A DNA stretch of 64,000 nt from Blastocystis sp. Blastoise (Eukaryota > Protista > Bigyra: Opalinata), in contig JBBPEB010000018.1 of the NCBI GenBank assembly GCA_039096225.1, forward strand, positions 124,001 to 188,000. The letters are read 5' to 3'. A program made the position numbers and the translations under genes. This document shows positions 28,461-42,437 of the stretch, in pieces. The notes under the pieces are model-generated. The model was not told where the DNA came from, searched no databases, and worked only from the letters and a program-made list of their open reading frames with translations. How positions within the stretch are numbered: the first letter of the stretch is position 1; each line of letters starts with the position of its first letter.

Positions 28461-29339
28461 GCTTTGCTTAAATTATTGTTAATATGCATAGAATATAATA
28501 ATAATTGTTAATTGCCTGTGTTGCAAATAAAGTGTTTTGCTATTTTTTTTTGCTTAATTTATTTTAACATAAAATATCCTAAAAACAACTAATGAACATA
28601 ACTTTTTAAAATATTTATATTATCAAATGAATATAACTAATTATTAACAAGAATTCGCCATGACAAAATAAAAACAAAATAATGAATATTCTTATACAAA
28701 ACAAAAGTTTATAGAAAACACTAAAATCTAACTATAAAGCAGTGTTCGAAAAAGAAAATAAATGTAATAGTATTGTATATAAAGTATATAGATTACAAGA
28801 ATGAATAATATGAAAATAAAACTAAAAAGAAAAATCAAAATTTTGATTAGAATAAAGTATAATAAAAAGAAAATATTTCTTTTAATTATATCAATAATCT
28901 AAAAAATATAATACAAAGACTATTTTATATAAAATACAAGACATTTACAAATAATCATAAGACAATGACCAATGGATAAAATAGTATAATATAAAAATAA
29001 AATAGAATTCTTGAACGTTTTTTTTCTTTGTAAAAACAATACGGAACATATATATATATATATAATACATAGGATAGAAAAGAATAGAATATATTATAGG
29101 TATGGTATAGTAACAAGGAAATATTAAGTAAATTTATATATATATATATAAAGCTAGGCATAATATAAAAACAATAAATAAAAATTATATATATATATAT
29201 ATATAATATATGAAAAAAAGAGAATAAAGAAACACATCACAAAAATGATGAATGAAAGAAAAATAGAATAAATAGTTGTAATAATATCATGATATATTAT
29301 AAGGGAATAACAAACATGATTATAGATTACACAGTAGAT

Positions 29340-29566
29340 TTAAAAAATACTACAATTTCCATTATTCTTTGTATCTCTTGAATTATAATCTTGAGGTAAA
29401 TTAGGTCGAGTTCGTGGTTTCCCTCCTTCAGTTTGAGAACGAGGACGTGATAATTCTGGCTCAAAATCACCATATAATGTCGTATTCTGGGAACTATAGA
29501 AAGATATAGATAGACAGACATGTTATAGTAAGGTGATATTAATAATTATTATTAAAAAAAGAAGAA

Positions 29567-29603
<37 letters not shown>

Positions 29604-31760
29604 TAATATATATATATATATACTGAATAGTATAGGCTTCATTATAAATAAGATGACGTAAATGAGTCTTTTCATCTCCAGTGAAAAATTGATCAAATTC
29701 AAAAGTAAATGCAATTCTATTTGTTGCCACAATCTATATATTGTATTAATATTAAATTTGATAACTAAATGAAATATATTGAATAATAGTTACTTCATCT
29801 TCTTCTTTTCTAACTTGACTAAGATATGGTGATGAAAGTGCATCACGTACAGAAATACGTTCATTTTGATCTATAAATATAAATAAATAAATATAAATAT
29901 AAATAAAATAAATAAAAAAAAATATAAATATAAATATAAATAAATATAAATATAAATAAAATAAAAAACTAGTATATATACTGAATGCAAGCATTCCTTT
30001 AAGTAATTCGATGGCATCTTCATCGGCGTTAGGGAAATAATCATGAAGATCACGTGGAGGGATGGGATCGAGAGATAAGAGGAACTAGAGTAAATGAATC
30101 AGTATAATTATAAATATAATAATAATATATATATACTTCTTTCATAGGACAATCTTCAAGGACTTCAATATCCTCTCTAAATAATATAAGTATACTAATA
30201 ATATATTCTATATACTTGGATGGTGTGCCAATAACATGAAAGATTTTCTCCAATTGATGTGTTTGACGAGTGAATTCTTCTCCGAACTTTTCAGTTCTTT
30301 CTTTTTCATTACGCTTAGCACTCAAGGGGAAACAAGTACTACCTATATATAATAGTATAAAAAAGCAGAATATAATAAATCATAATAATATAATATTATA
30401 ATAAAGATAATATAACATTATATAATAATAATATAATATAATAATAACTATAATATAATAAATAATAATAATATAATAAATACCAGGAAATAGAGGTTGA
30501 GGTCTACTTATACCAGGTTCAAGGGTTTGAAGAAGTTCTGCCTATATATAATATAATATATATAATATAATATAATATAATATAATATAATATAATATAA
30601 TATATATAATATATACCATAATACAACCAACAGACCAAACATCAATAGCACTATTATAATGTCCCTATATACATATATATTTATATTACATATTTTCATA
30701 AGAGACACTAAATAATATTTATTACAATATAAAACAATAAAAAAAAATATATATATATATATAATTCTAAAAAAATAATATATAAATATATATACTTGTA
30801 AAAGAATGAGTTCAGGAGCTCTGTACCATCGTGTAACCACGTGCTGCGTTAATTGTCGTTCAGGTTGACTGGGGTTAGGAATCGATATACTTCCACTTCG
30901 TTCCATTTCTTCGTTAAATGAAGCCTATATTATAATAGCTTTTCGAATACTTTTATAAAATATAAACATATTAAATAAAAAATAAAAAACATATAATATA
31001 TTAAATAAAAAAAATGTATATGTAAATATACCCGACCATCGCTTTCACGGTTATTTTGTTGACTTATTTGTCTTGCTAGACCGAAATCAATAATACGTAT
31101 ATTACAATTATCACTCATTAATATATTAGAAGGTTTCATATCACGATGTACTATATTCAAACTCTATATATATATAATCAAAATAAATACATATAATAGA
31201 ATTCTATATAAAAATTGATGAATATATCTTATTAAAGTATTCAATCATTACTTATATATATATATATAAACAATAATATACTTGCATATACAGTAATCCA
31301 CATAACATTTGATAAATAATTGATTTCACATGTCTACTTCCCCAACCATTGATTTTTCTTGCACTCTTTATAATCTTAGATAAGTCCCATCCACCAAATT
31401 CTTGAACAATCCAAAGATTTCTATAATTGATCTCATTTGTCGGAACAAGAACATCTCGAAGTTTGCAAATATTAACATGATTGCATTGTCTTAAAATTGC
31501 TATTTCTCTTAGGGTACGTTTGGCATCTGTTTTTGTACGAAACACGTCATCAATACGTTTGATTGCAACCTTATCACCAACTTTACGATCATCAGCAAGA
31601 TAAACAGTTCCATATGCTCCTTTCCCTAACTCCTTACGAATTATGTATCTAGTTCCTATTTCAGGTGGAGTTTCAGGAGAATTAATTCCATCAAAGCACT
31701 CTCCCTATTAATATATGATATTATATATTACCTTAATAAGTAACATATTCATACAGACAT
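29340..31760 (-). CDS. Atypical MAP kinase (TQH activation motif)
   Basis: [50 protein letters not shown]. The spliced last exon ends GNCSIF-stop at 29340. Confidence 0.93.
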
Positions 31761-33020
31761 TGTTTAATAAAAAATCTATAAGTAATTATATCGATTATGA
31801 TAAATAACTTGTATTCTATAAAAAACAGAAAAAGACTATAATAGTCAGTTTTGTCGCGTATATGTGTGGAAAAGACCCAAAATTCCCTTTATTAACAAAA
31901 TTTTAACTTAAATTCTCATTGAAACCCTACCTTATTTCAAGATTAGACCCAACTAGAACTAGGAGACGTTTTTCAAAAAGAAGAAGATACTTTCTCTAAA
32001 AATTCATTTTTATCTGTAAACAATGAAAAATAATTCTGGTAATGATAAGACACGCAAAGCTGTATTCCATTTGTGTTTCACTAAAAGTTTTATGTTTCTT
32101 TTCTATGTATTTCATTTCATTTTTGTTGATTCTCTTTTGAATAAATCTGTAAGCATTAATTATTATCAATGATTTCATTCTTGCAATTATGAAACAACAA
32201 TAGCTCTACAATTATCTTATGAGATTGTTGTCAAATTGCTGTTTTTCCTATTTTTTTTTAATAGAAAATAATATTTTTATTATATTTAATATAGATACAT
32301 GAACAAAAATTAATGAATCACGTATTTTAAAAATTTGTTTTAATTTTTTTTATAAACTATCTCTATATTTTTAAAGAAATATAGCATACGGTTCTTATAC
32401 ATTGAAATAAATATATTTTGAGATTATCTTAGTTGAATTATAGCCTTCTTTTAAGATGACATTTTTTATATTTCGTTTCTCTTTTGTAAAGACAGTGATC
32501 ATTGAAATAACAATTAGAATTTATGATTATTTTAGTTAATAATGACGAATCAGTTAAAGATAAAGGATGTATAGTTTATGTCATTTTTATTTGTAACCTG
32601 AAAATGGCTTGCATGGAATTTTTGAGATGAATAATGTATGACATGAAAGCGGTACTTGATTAGGACGTAATCAATCATAAAATTCTTTTTTTCGATAGAA
32701 TCGGTATCATACAAAAAAAGAAATTAATGTAACAACGCTTACATACTCTTTACAAGTGAATTTTAACTAATATTATGTAAAGAAAACAAGTATTGTTGAC
32801 AAAAAAGTCTTTGATACCAATCAATTTCATGTTCATACTATGTAGATGCTTGTGGTTATAATAAATATTTGATTTGCTATTTCTAATACTCATTATGTAA
32901 AGAAATAGTCGTATAACAAAAAAGTTTCTGGTTTTTAGCCACTTTCCAATAAAATTTGTTCCCATGTTTATTTCTTAAAAGCAAAAAAAGTTGTTATTGA
33001 GATAAAACTACTTGGAAGAA

Positions 33021-33820
33021 ATGGAAGGCTCTAAATCGAAAAGTTTTCAAAAGCAGCAAGCTCACACTCATTATAAGAACAAGAGACACTTTGGAAAAAC
33101 GAAGAAGAATCAAAAGAATTCTCAACATTCTCATGAATCAAGAATGGATAGAGAAGAGCGTGAGTGCGTTTTATTGACTGAATCTATCAAAAAGTTATCA
33201 GAACCCGTTGAACCCGGTACTCCTGAAATCACAAAATTTGATAATATGCCTCTATCTAAATATACGAAACGAGCTCTTCATGAAGCAAATTTCACTGATA
33301 TGACTGATGTCCAGAAAAAAACACTTCCTCTTTCTTTAGCTGGGTATGTGAATTTATTTTATTATTATATACTTATTTTAAAGCTATTTTTTTAATGTTC
33401 TATTTCTCTATATTTCTATTCTATTATGTTTTATAATTATTTTTTACATTTTATATTTCTAGAAAGGATCTTGTCGCTACCGCTAAAACTGGCTCTGGTA
33501 AAACTCTAGGTATGACATGCTATTATTGTTATTTATATATTATTTTTAATTATATATATATATATATATTATATCTTATATATAATATATCTTCTATAAA
33601 TAATATATCTTCTATAAATAGTATATCTTCTATAAATAATATATCTTCTATATATAATATATCTTCTATATATAATGTATCTTCTATATATAATGTATCT
33701 TCTATATACATAGCCTATTTGATTCCGTTATTGGAAGTCTTATACCGTGAGCGTTGGTCCCCCGAAGCCGGTCTAGGTGCCCTCGTCATCTCCCCTACTA
33801 GAGAACTAGCTCTACAAGTA

Positions 33821-33852
<32 letters not shown>

Positions 33853-34477
33853 AATAAATGATTATGATATTGTACTTATCATAATGCTGACTTTCTGATA
33901 TATATATATATTATTAACAAGTTTTATAAGTTAATTCAAAAAATATATATATCATCATTATATATATATGAATTCAATTTTATTTTATGCTTTTATATGA
34001 TTATTCTAATCTACTTGGGTCTAAATATATTATATGCAAATGAATAAGTTTACTCTTTATTATTTCTAAAGATATTCGATGTTTTACGAACAGTCGGTAA
34101 AAATCACTCTTTTTCCGCGGGTCTCGTTATTGGTGGTAAAGACTTTTCTGTATATATATATTATTGCCTAGTTATATATTTTATTTATTTCTATATGTAT
34201 TTATGAAGAAAGAATATATATATATATATATGTAGGAAGAACAAGTTCGTTTATTTAAGATGAATATATTGGTCTGTACTCCTGGTCGTATATTACAACA
34301 CATGGAACAATCTCCTAACTTTAATACAGATAATGTTAAGGTATATATATATGTAGAATTAGAACTAAATAGTTATTCTGTGTTATTTCTTTATATATAT
34401 TTATATGATATTCATATTATTTTCATATTTCATCATTTTTAATTCTTAGTCAGTGTATTTTAATATATAATAATAAT

Positions 34478-34558
<81 letters not shown>

Positions 34559-34896
34559 TGCTTGTTATAGATGAGTGTGATCGTTGCCTCGATATGGGTT
34601 TTAAGTCGGATATCAGCAGTATCTTAGAGCATCTGAATCCTGACCATCAGACCTGCTTATTTAGTGCTACTATGGATACATCTGTAAAACAAGTATATAT
34701 ATATTATTAATATTATTAATATTATTTATATACTCTATATATACGTATCTATTTATCATATATTATATCATACATTTAGTATTATTATATGATTATGATT
34801 ATGATTATATATATATAGTTTATAAGTACATGTACTCATGATCCTGTATATATAAGCACAGGGGAACAAGATGATTATTCTACTCCTTCAAATCTA

Positions 34897-34943
<47 letters not shown>

Positions 34944-35005
34944 TTTCTAATACAACATTCTATTGTATTATATATATATGTTTTATGTTTATTTATATTT
35001 TGTAT

Positions 35006-35092
<87 letters not shown>

Positions 35093-35853
35093 CAAAAATA
35101 TGTAGTTTGTGATTTAGATGCAAAGGCTGAATTATTATATTCCTTCTTAAGATCTCACCTTAAGAGCAAAATACTTGTGTTTATGAATGCATGTAAAGAA
35201 GTATGAACTATTTTTATTATGTTTATTATATTATTATTATACTTTTTTATTATCATTATCTTTTAAATATATTAAACATACTCTATTTTAATTTTATTTC
35301 CTCAATATATATATATATTTATATATATTCTATATATATATATTCTATATATATATATTCTATATATATATTCTATCTATATTCTATAAAGGTTCGTTTC
35401 TTCTATGAATGTTTTCGTCGTATGAAGCCCGGTATCCCGTTAATGGAACTGCAGGGAAGACAAAAACAAACCATGAGAACCTATATTTATTATGATTTCG
35501 TATATATATATAAATATAGAATTAGTATAATTTAATTATATTATAACGATACTATTAAGTTATAATGATAATAAATGTATTCTATATTTAATATCTTATT
35601 TTTATATAAATATTTTTATACACTATATATATATATAGTTACAACGAGAGAACGCTTGTCTTTTCTGTACCGATATAGCTGCACGAGGTCTCGATTTCCC
35701 CAACATTGACTGGGTTATACAAGTATATACATATATATGACTTTTTTTATAAAATATTATTTTTTCTTTATTTTCCTATCTCTTTATATATATATTATAT
35801 TTAAATGCTTCTTTTTAAATATAATATTATTCTTACTTTGTATATCTTTATTT

Positions 35854-35941
<88 letters not shown>

Positions 35942-36401
35942 TGATGCCCCTCCGGATGCTGCTACTTATATACATCGCGTCGGTCGTACTGCCCGTTATA
36001 AGAACCGCGGTAATTCGTTGTTATTTATGTGTAAGAGTGAAGAAGAAGGATTATTGGATGTCATGGCTGAACAAAGAATTCCTCTTAAGAAGATCTTTGT
36101 ATATTATTATTATTATTATTATTATTATTCTATTAGGTGTATATTAATTATTTCTTATAGATATATATTTTAATTGTTTTATAATAATAATAATAATATA
36201 TAATATAATAATAAATAGAATAATATAATAATACTAATAATACTAATTAATAATATTACTATATAGGTGAATCCAAGTAAGACTCAAAGTATAACTAAAA
36301 AGATTATGGAAGAAGTAACGAAAGATATCGAATTAAATGCTTTAGCTCAAAAAGCATTTACAAGTTATATACGTTCTATCTATCTCTTTAATAATACCAA
36401 A

Positions 36402-36437
<36 letters not shown>

Positions 36438-36723
36438 TTTATTATATAGATCTTTGATATTACTAAATTAGACTTAGCTAAATATGCTGAAGTATATATA
36501 TATAATTATGTGATATAATTCTTTATGGTAACTTTTATATATATAAAATATACATATAATTCGTTCTATTACTATCATTATTATATATATATATAGTCAC
36601 TTGGTCTAGGTATTGTTCCTCTTATTGATCTTAAAACAGTATATATATATTATATATTATATATTATATATATAGAAGAATTGTAAAAATAAGAGTTGGG
36701 CTCTGGTTCAATTAGAAGAACAA

Positions 36724-36787
<64 letters not shown>

Positions 36788-37543
36788 GTTTTCTATATTA
36801 TATATTTTTAGAAGAAATCAGCTGAAAAAGACGAGAAACCGACTGTTCTCAATTCTAAAGATGATGAAAGTGTATATATATATTATATATATTATATATA
36901 TAATGTATTATCTATATAATCTACATAGGTGATGATGATCTTCTTGTTCCTGTAACTTCATCCAAATATGATGCTGATAAAATTCAAGCAATTCAAAAGA
37001 ATACTCTATTTATGCCTTCGAAAAATCCTGAAAAGAAAAAACTTAAAATTAAATTGGATCGTCCAACTGCTAATAACAAGAAGATTGTATTTAATGATGA
37101 AGGAGAAGCTGTAGAAGATACTATCAAAGTTACTGATATTAATGATCTTGGTATATATATAATAATAATAATAATAAAAATAATATATTTTTTAATCTTT
37201 CTCTATAAGTATTATCTTTAATACTAATGAATTATATATATTGAATATAGGTGTTATTGATAAACAAGATATTAATAGTCATATTAGTAGTATTAAGAGA
37301 AAGATGGCTGAAAGAGATGAAGAAGGAAAAGCTAGAGAAAAACAAAGAATTACTGAAAAGAAACTCAAATTAAAGAAACGTATTCAAAAAGAACTTGAAG
37401 ATGAAGCTCCTGTTGCTTATCTTAGTAATCCAGAAGAAAACGAGGAAACTCCTGATTCCATTAATGATAATGATGATGAAATAGATACTCCTGAGAGTGA
37501 TGATGACAATTCAAACAGTGATATGGAGTCTGATGAAGAATAA
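33021..37543 (+). CDS. DDX10: DEAD-box RNA helicase DDX10/Dbp4
   Basis: [78 protein letters not shown] and an acidic tail. Confidence 0.93.
33581..33706. repeat. 18-bp tandem repeat x7 (WATAATRTATCTTCTATA) at the 3' end of a DDX10 intron
   Basis: Directly visible. Confidence 0.9.
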
Positions 37544-39346
37544 TTTAATTATATTTCACTCTAGTATTCTATTTATTAGTCAAGTTCTTCTACAGTTTGT
37601 GATTTATATAGATTTTGTTTTCTCGTCTGATTGTCTATCTTATATGTTTTCTTCTATTTGGTTTTATATGTAAATTATAAGTATTGTCTTTAGTTATATT
37701 TTTATTCTATTATTCAATTTCCTTCATTCATGAATATCAATACTATTACTAAAGAGAAACGAGATACTCCAGTTGATTTTTGTTTCTACTATTTAAACAC
37801 ATTTCTCGAAATGAATTCATGGTTTCCCTTTTTATTTTCTATTTGTAATGATTAAAATAACCATTTTGACTCTATATCACGAATCTTTTATGTATAATGG
37901 TATTGGTAATAAACTAAAACTCTTTTTAAAAATGAAAATGAATCAGGAAAGTGGATCATTTTTTATTTTTATTAGCCAATTTCATCGTTAAGACCTTTAT
38001 ATTCATATGAATATGACAAATAAAAGAAATATAAAACATTATACTATCAAATTGAACAATTATTCATTTTTTTCTTCTTGATTTGTCGATTTACATATCA
38101 CAAGCTATAAATGAAATCAAATAAACATATTTGAAATATGAATCACTTGTTTTTAAACAGAATATTTTCCATCATCACTAAGAATCTGACTCTGATTAAC
38201 AAATAAATAAACTTCAGAGAATGATCTTAGAACAAGAACCATATGTTAAAAATAATAATTGCTATTATTCTCAGTATCTAATAATGACATTAAGTTGAGT
38301 TTAAATATATTTTTAAATAGAGTCAAACAATAAAAATTATTCGAAAGAGATATATAAATGAAATATATTTTATTCGAACTATTAAAGGACGAGACATATT
38401 TTCATAGTAAAATTTGATCAAGATCTATTAAATTTCATTAATTTGTATTCCATTTTTCGTGCTTCACAGTCTGTCAGTATAAGTAGTGAATAAGAGCGAG
38501 TTGTTTATCTTAGATCGTCATTAAAACTTTCATTTAGGACACTTGTCTGTTTTAATTAAGTAATAGAATATATCAATAAATAGGAATGTGGAGAAATAAA
38601 GAAGATTATTATTAGTTTAGGGGATATCTTTAAAAAAGTAAATCGAAGTTCTAAAGACTAGCTCTTTTTCCACTTTTCTTATGAATTAAAATGAAGAAAT
38701 GAAAAGGTGAAACACAAAGAAGATTCTTAAATGTCTTCTAAAAAAGTTTCTACCTTTTTATAAGAAAATAAATAAAAAAAAATAAAAACATACTTTACTA
38801 GTGGGTTTCATGATGTTTTTTGTAAGACATATATCATAATACTCATAAAAATAAAGATACTTCAAGTTCATATAATAATTTTTAATATACGTTGAGGAAT
38901 TGGTGCCAAAAAAATGAAAAATACACAAAAAATAAAATAAAATAAAGATAAGTTTCTCTTCCCTCCCTTTAAGAAAGAAAAACAATTTTTTTTTTAAAAT
39001 CAAACAATTATGGGTAAACCAGAAGAAAAGGATCTGTTTCATTTGCTTAAAATTGACGACAATCTAACAGAATCTGTGTCATAATGACGCACTACTTCCT
39101 CATCATTCAAAAACCATAAATTTTGGTAGAATAAAAATTAAGTCGAGAATTATTGGTAGAGAAAAGCATTCTACATTTGTTTTGCCAATAAGAATCATGA
39201 CAAACTGAGTGTCTTTGACCTATGAAAAGAAGTTGAAGTACCACAGATTTAGAAACTGCTTACCCCTTTCCTATAAGTAACCTAAAAGAAAAATATCATA
39301 TTTATTTTTCCTTTATATATACCCCTTGTTGTATAATTAAATAAAA

Positions 39347-40613
39347 ATGGACGGAAAGGCTGATCCTTTATGGTTTAAATTTGCTTCTGCTGCTGCTGCT
39401 GCTTGTACTGCTGAATTTTTCACTATTCCTTTTGATACTGCTAAAGTTCGTCTTCAAATTCAAGGAGAAGGTGTTGGTGCTGGTGCTAAAGATGGCATGT
39501 TTAAATCCTTAGTTAAGCTTTCTAAAGAAGAAGGTGTTGCTAAACTCTGGAAAGGTTTATCTCCTGCTCTTCAGAGACAATTAATTAATGCTACTCTTCG
39601 TATTGGTTTATATCAACCTATCCGTGATTTTTATTGTGGTAAAGACTACAAAGGTGAACCACCAATGCTTAAGAAAATTGCTGCTGGTATATATAGATAT
39701 ATTATATATTTTATCGTATTTATGTGAATAAACATAGATGATAATAATAACTATAATTATATAATAATTATATATATATATATATATATAGGTCTTACTT
39801 CTGGTGCTATTGGTATTACTTGTGCTTGTCCTACTGATTTAGTTAAGGTTAGAATGCAAGGTGGTAACAGTGTTTATAAGAATACTCGTGAAGCTTATGT
39901 TGATATTGTTAGAAAAGATGGTGTTTTAGGTTTATGGAAAGGTTATATTCCTAATCTTGTTAGAAACTCTATTGTTTGTTGTTGTGAATTAGCTGGATAT
40001 GATGAAGCTAAGGAAGTATGAATATTTATTATATATATTTTTATTTATTATTATTCTTTTTTATATATTATTTTTATTTAATTATTTTTATTTATTATTA
40101 TTATTTATTATTATTTTTATTTAATTATTTTTATTTATTATTATTTTTATTTAATATATGTTTATATACATTTTCTTTTATAGCTTTTATTGAGTACAAA
40201 ATACTTTAAAGATAATTTAACTACTCATATTTGTTCTGCTGCTATTGCTGCTTTATTAGCTGTTGTCTTTGGTTCTCCTGTTGATGTTGTTAAAACTAGA
40301 GTTATGAATGCTAGAGGTCAAGATGGTAAGAAGATGTATTCTGGATTTGTTGATTGCATTAAAACTACTGTTAAGACTGAAGGATATATATATATTTATA
40401 TTATATTGATTTTTATTATTGTTATTAAAATACTATTTTTATATTATCATTTATTAATAATATTAATATATATATAATATATAATCATTTCCTGAAGGAT
40501 ATGGTGCTTTCTATAAAGGTTTCTGGCCTAATTACATTAGACTTGGTTCTTGGAATATTCTTATGTTTGTTGTTCTTGAACAAATTAAACATCAATATCA
40601 TAAACTTCATTAA
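39347..40613 (+). CDS. Mitochondrial carrier of the uncoupling-protein (UCP-like) subfamily
   Basis: Three Px(D/E)xx(K/R) signatures ([30 protein letters not shown]), [15 protein letters not shown] and [10 protein letters not shown]. Confidence 0.9.
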
Positions 40614-40848
40614 ATGTACTTGTACATTTATTTATATCTCGAATTTTTCTTTATTAGTTTATATTTTTCTCTTTTTACTTTTTCAATAATTATTATATAT
40701 GATATTTCAAATATTCTTTTAGTTTTGAATGAATATACATTTCCCATTGAGTTTAGTTACGAAATAATTAATAAATTTAAAAAATGATAATAAGAAATTA
40801 TATAACTAAACAAAGTTGAAGATAATAACTATATTACATTATACATGA

Positions 40849-41833
<985 letters not shown>

Positions 41834-42437
41834 AGTAAATATACAAAAAAAAAATTTGTGTTGCTTTTTCAAAATATTTTATTTTTTAATGTTGAAAGGT
41901 TAAGATGTGCAGTTTTTGATGTTGAATAGAAATAATTATTACGCTTCTTGTGTACTATGTATTTATTTATTGATTCGGAATAGATCCCAATGATGGATGT
42001 GCTTATTTTCAAAAAGCACATTATCGTTGCTGAAATACATATACAGATAAAGTGTTTTTTAAGTAAATATCTTGGATTTATTATAAACACTTGTCTTCAA
42101 ATGATCGTTATATACAACTTAATATGATATATTTATAGGATACCCATCCTATTGAGTCAATTTTTGTAAAAATGAAGTTATTTCTCTTTTAGATTTGTAT
42201 CCATAATAATATTATTATCAGAAACATGATAATTTGTCATTGTTAAATAATTAGATACTCATTTGAGAATAATTTAATTTAATATAATAATACTTTTTTA
42301 TATAAAGTCGACTCTAAATTACAAAAAGAAATAAATATGGAAAAGAGTGGTAAATGGTTGCATTTCACAGGAAATTTCCCCATTTTCGAAAAAATGATGA
42401 ATACACTTTCTTTACTTATTAGTCATTGATTTTGGTC

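Noticed and set aside
33581-33706. CRISPR-like repeat array
   Set aside because: Head-to-tail repeats with no spacers, in a eukaryotic intron.
37544-39050. Long intergenic stretch possibly hiding an ncRNA or gene
   Set aside because: No convincing ORF, splice pattern, snRNA motif or stable structure recognisable by eye; an Rfam search would be needed.
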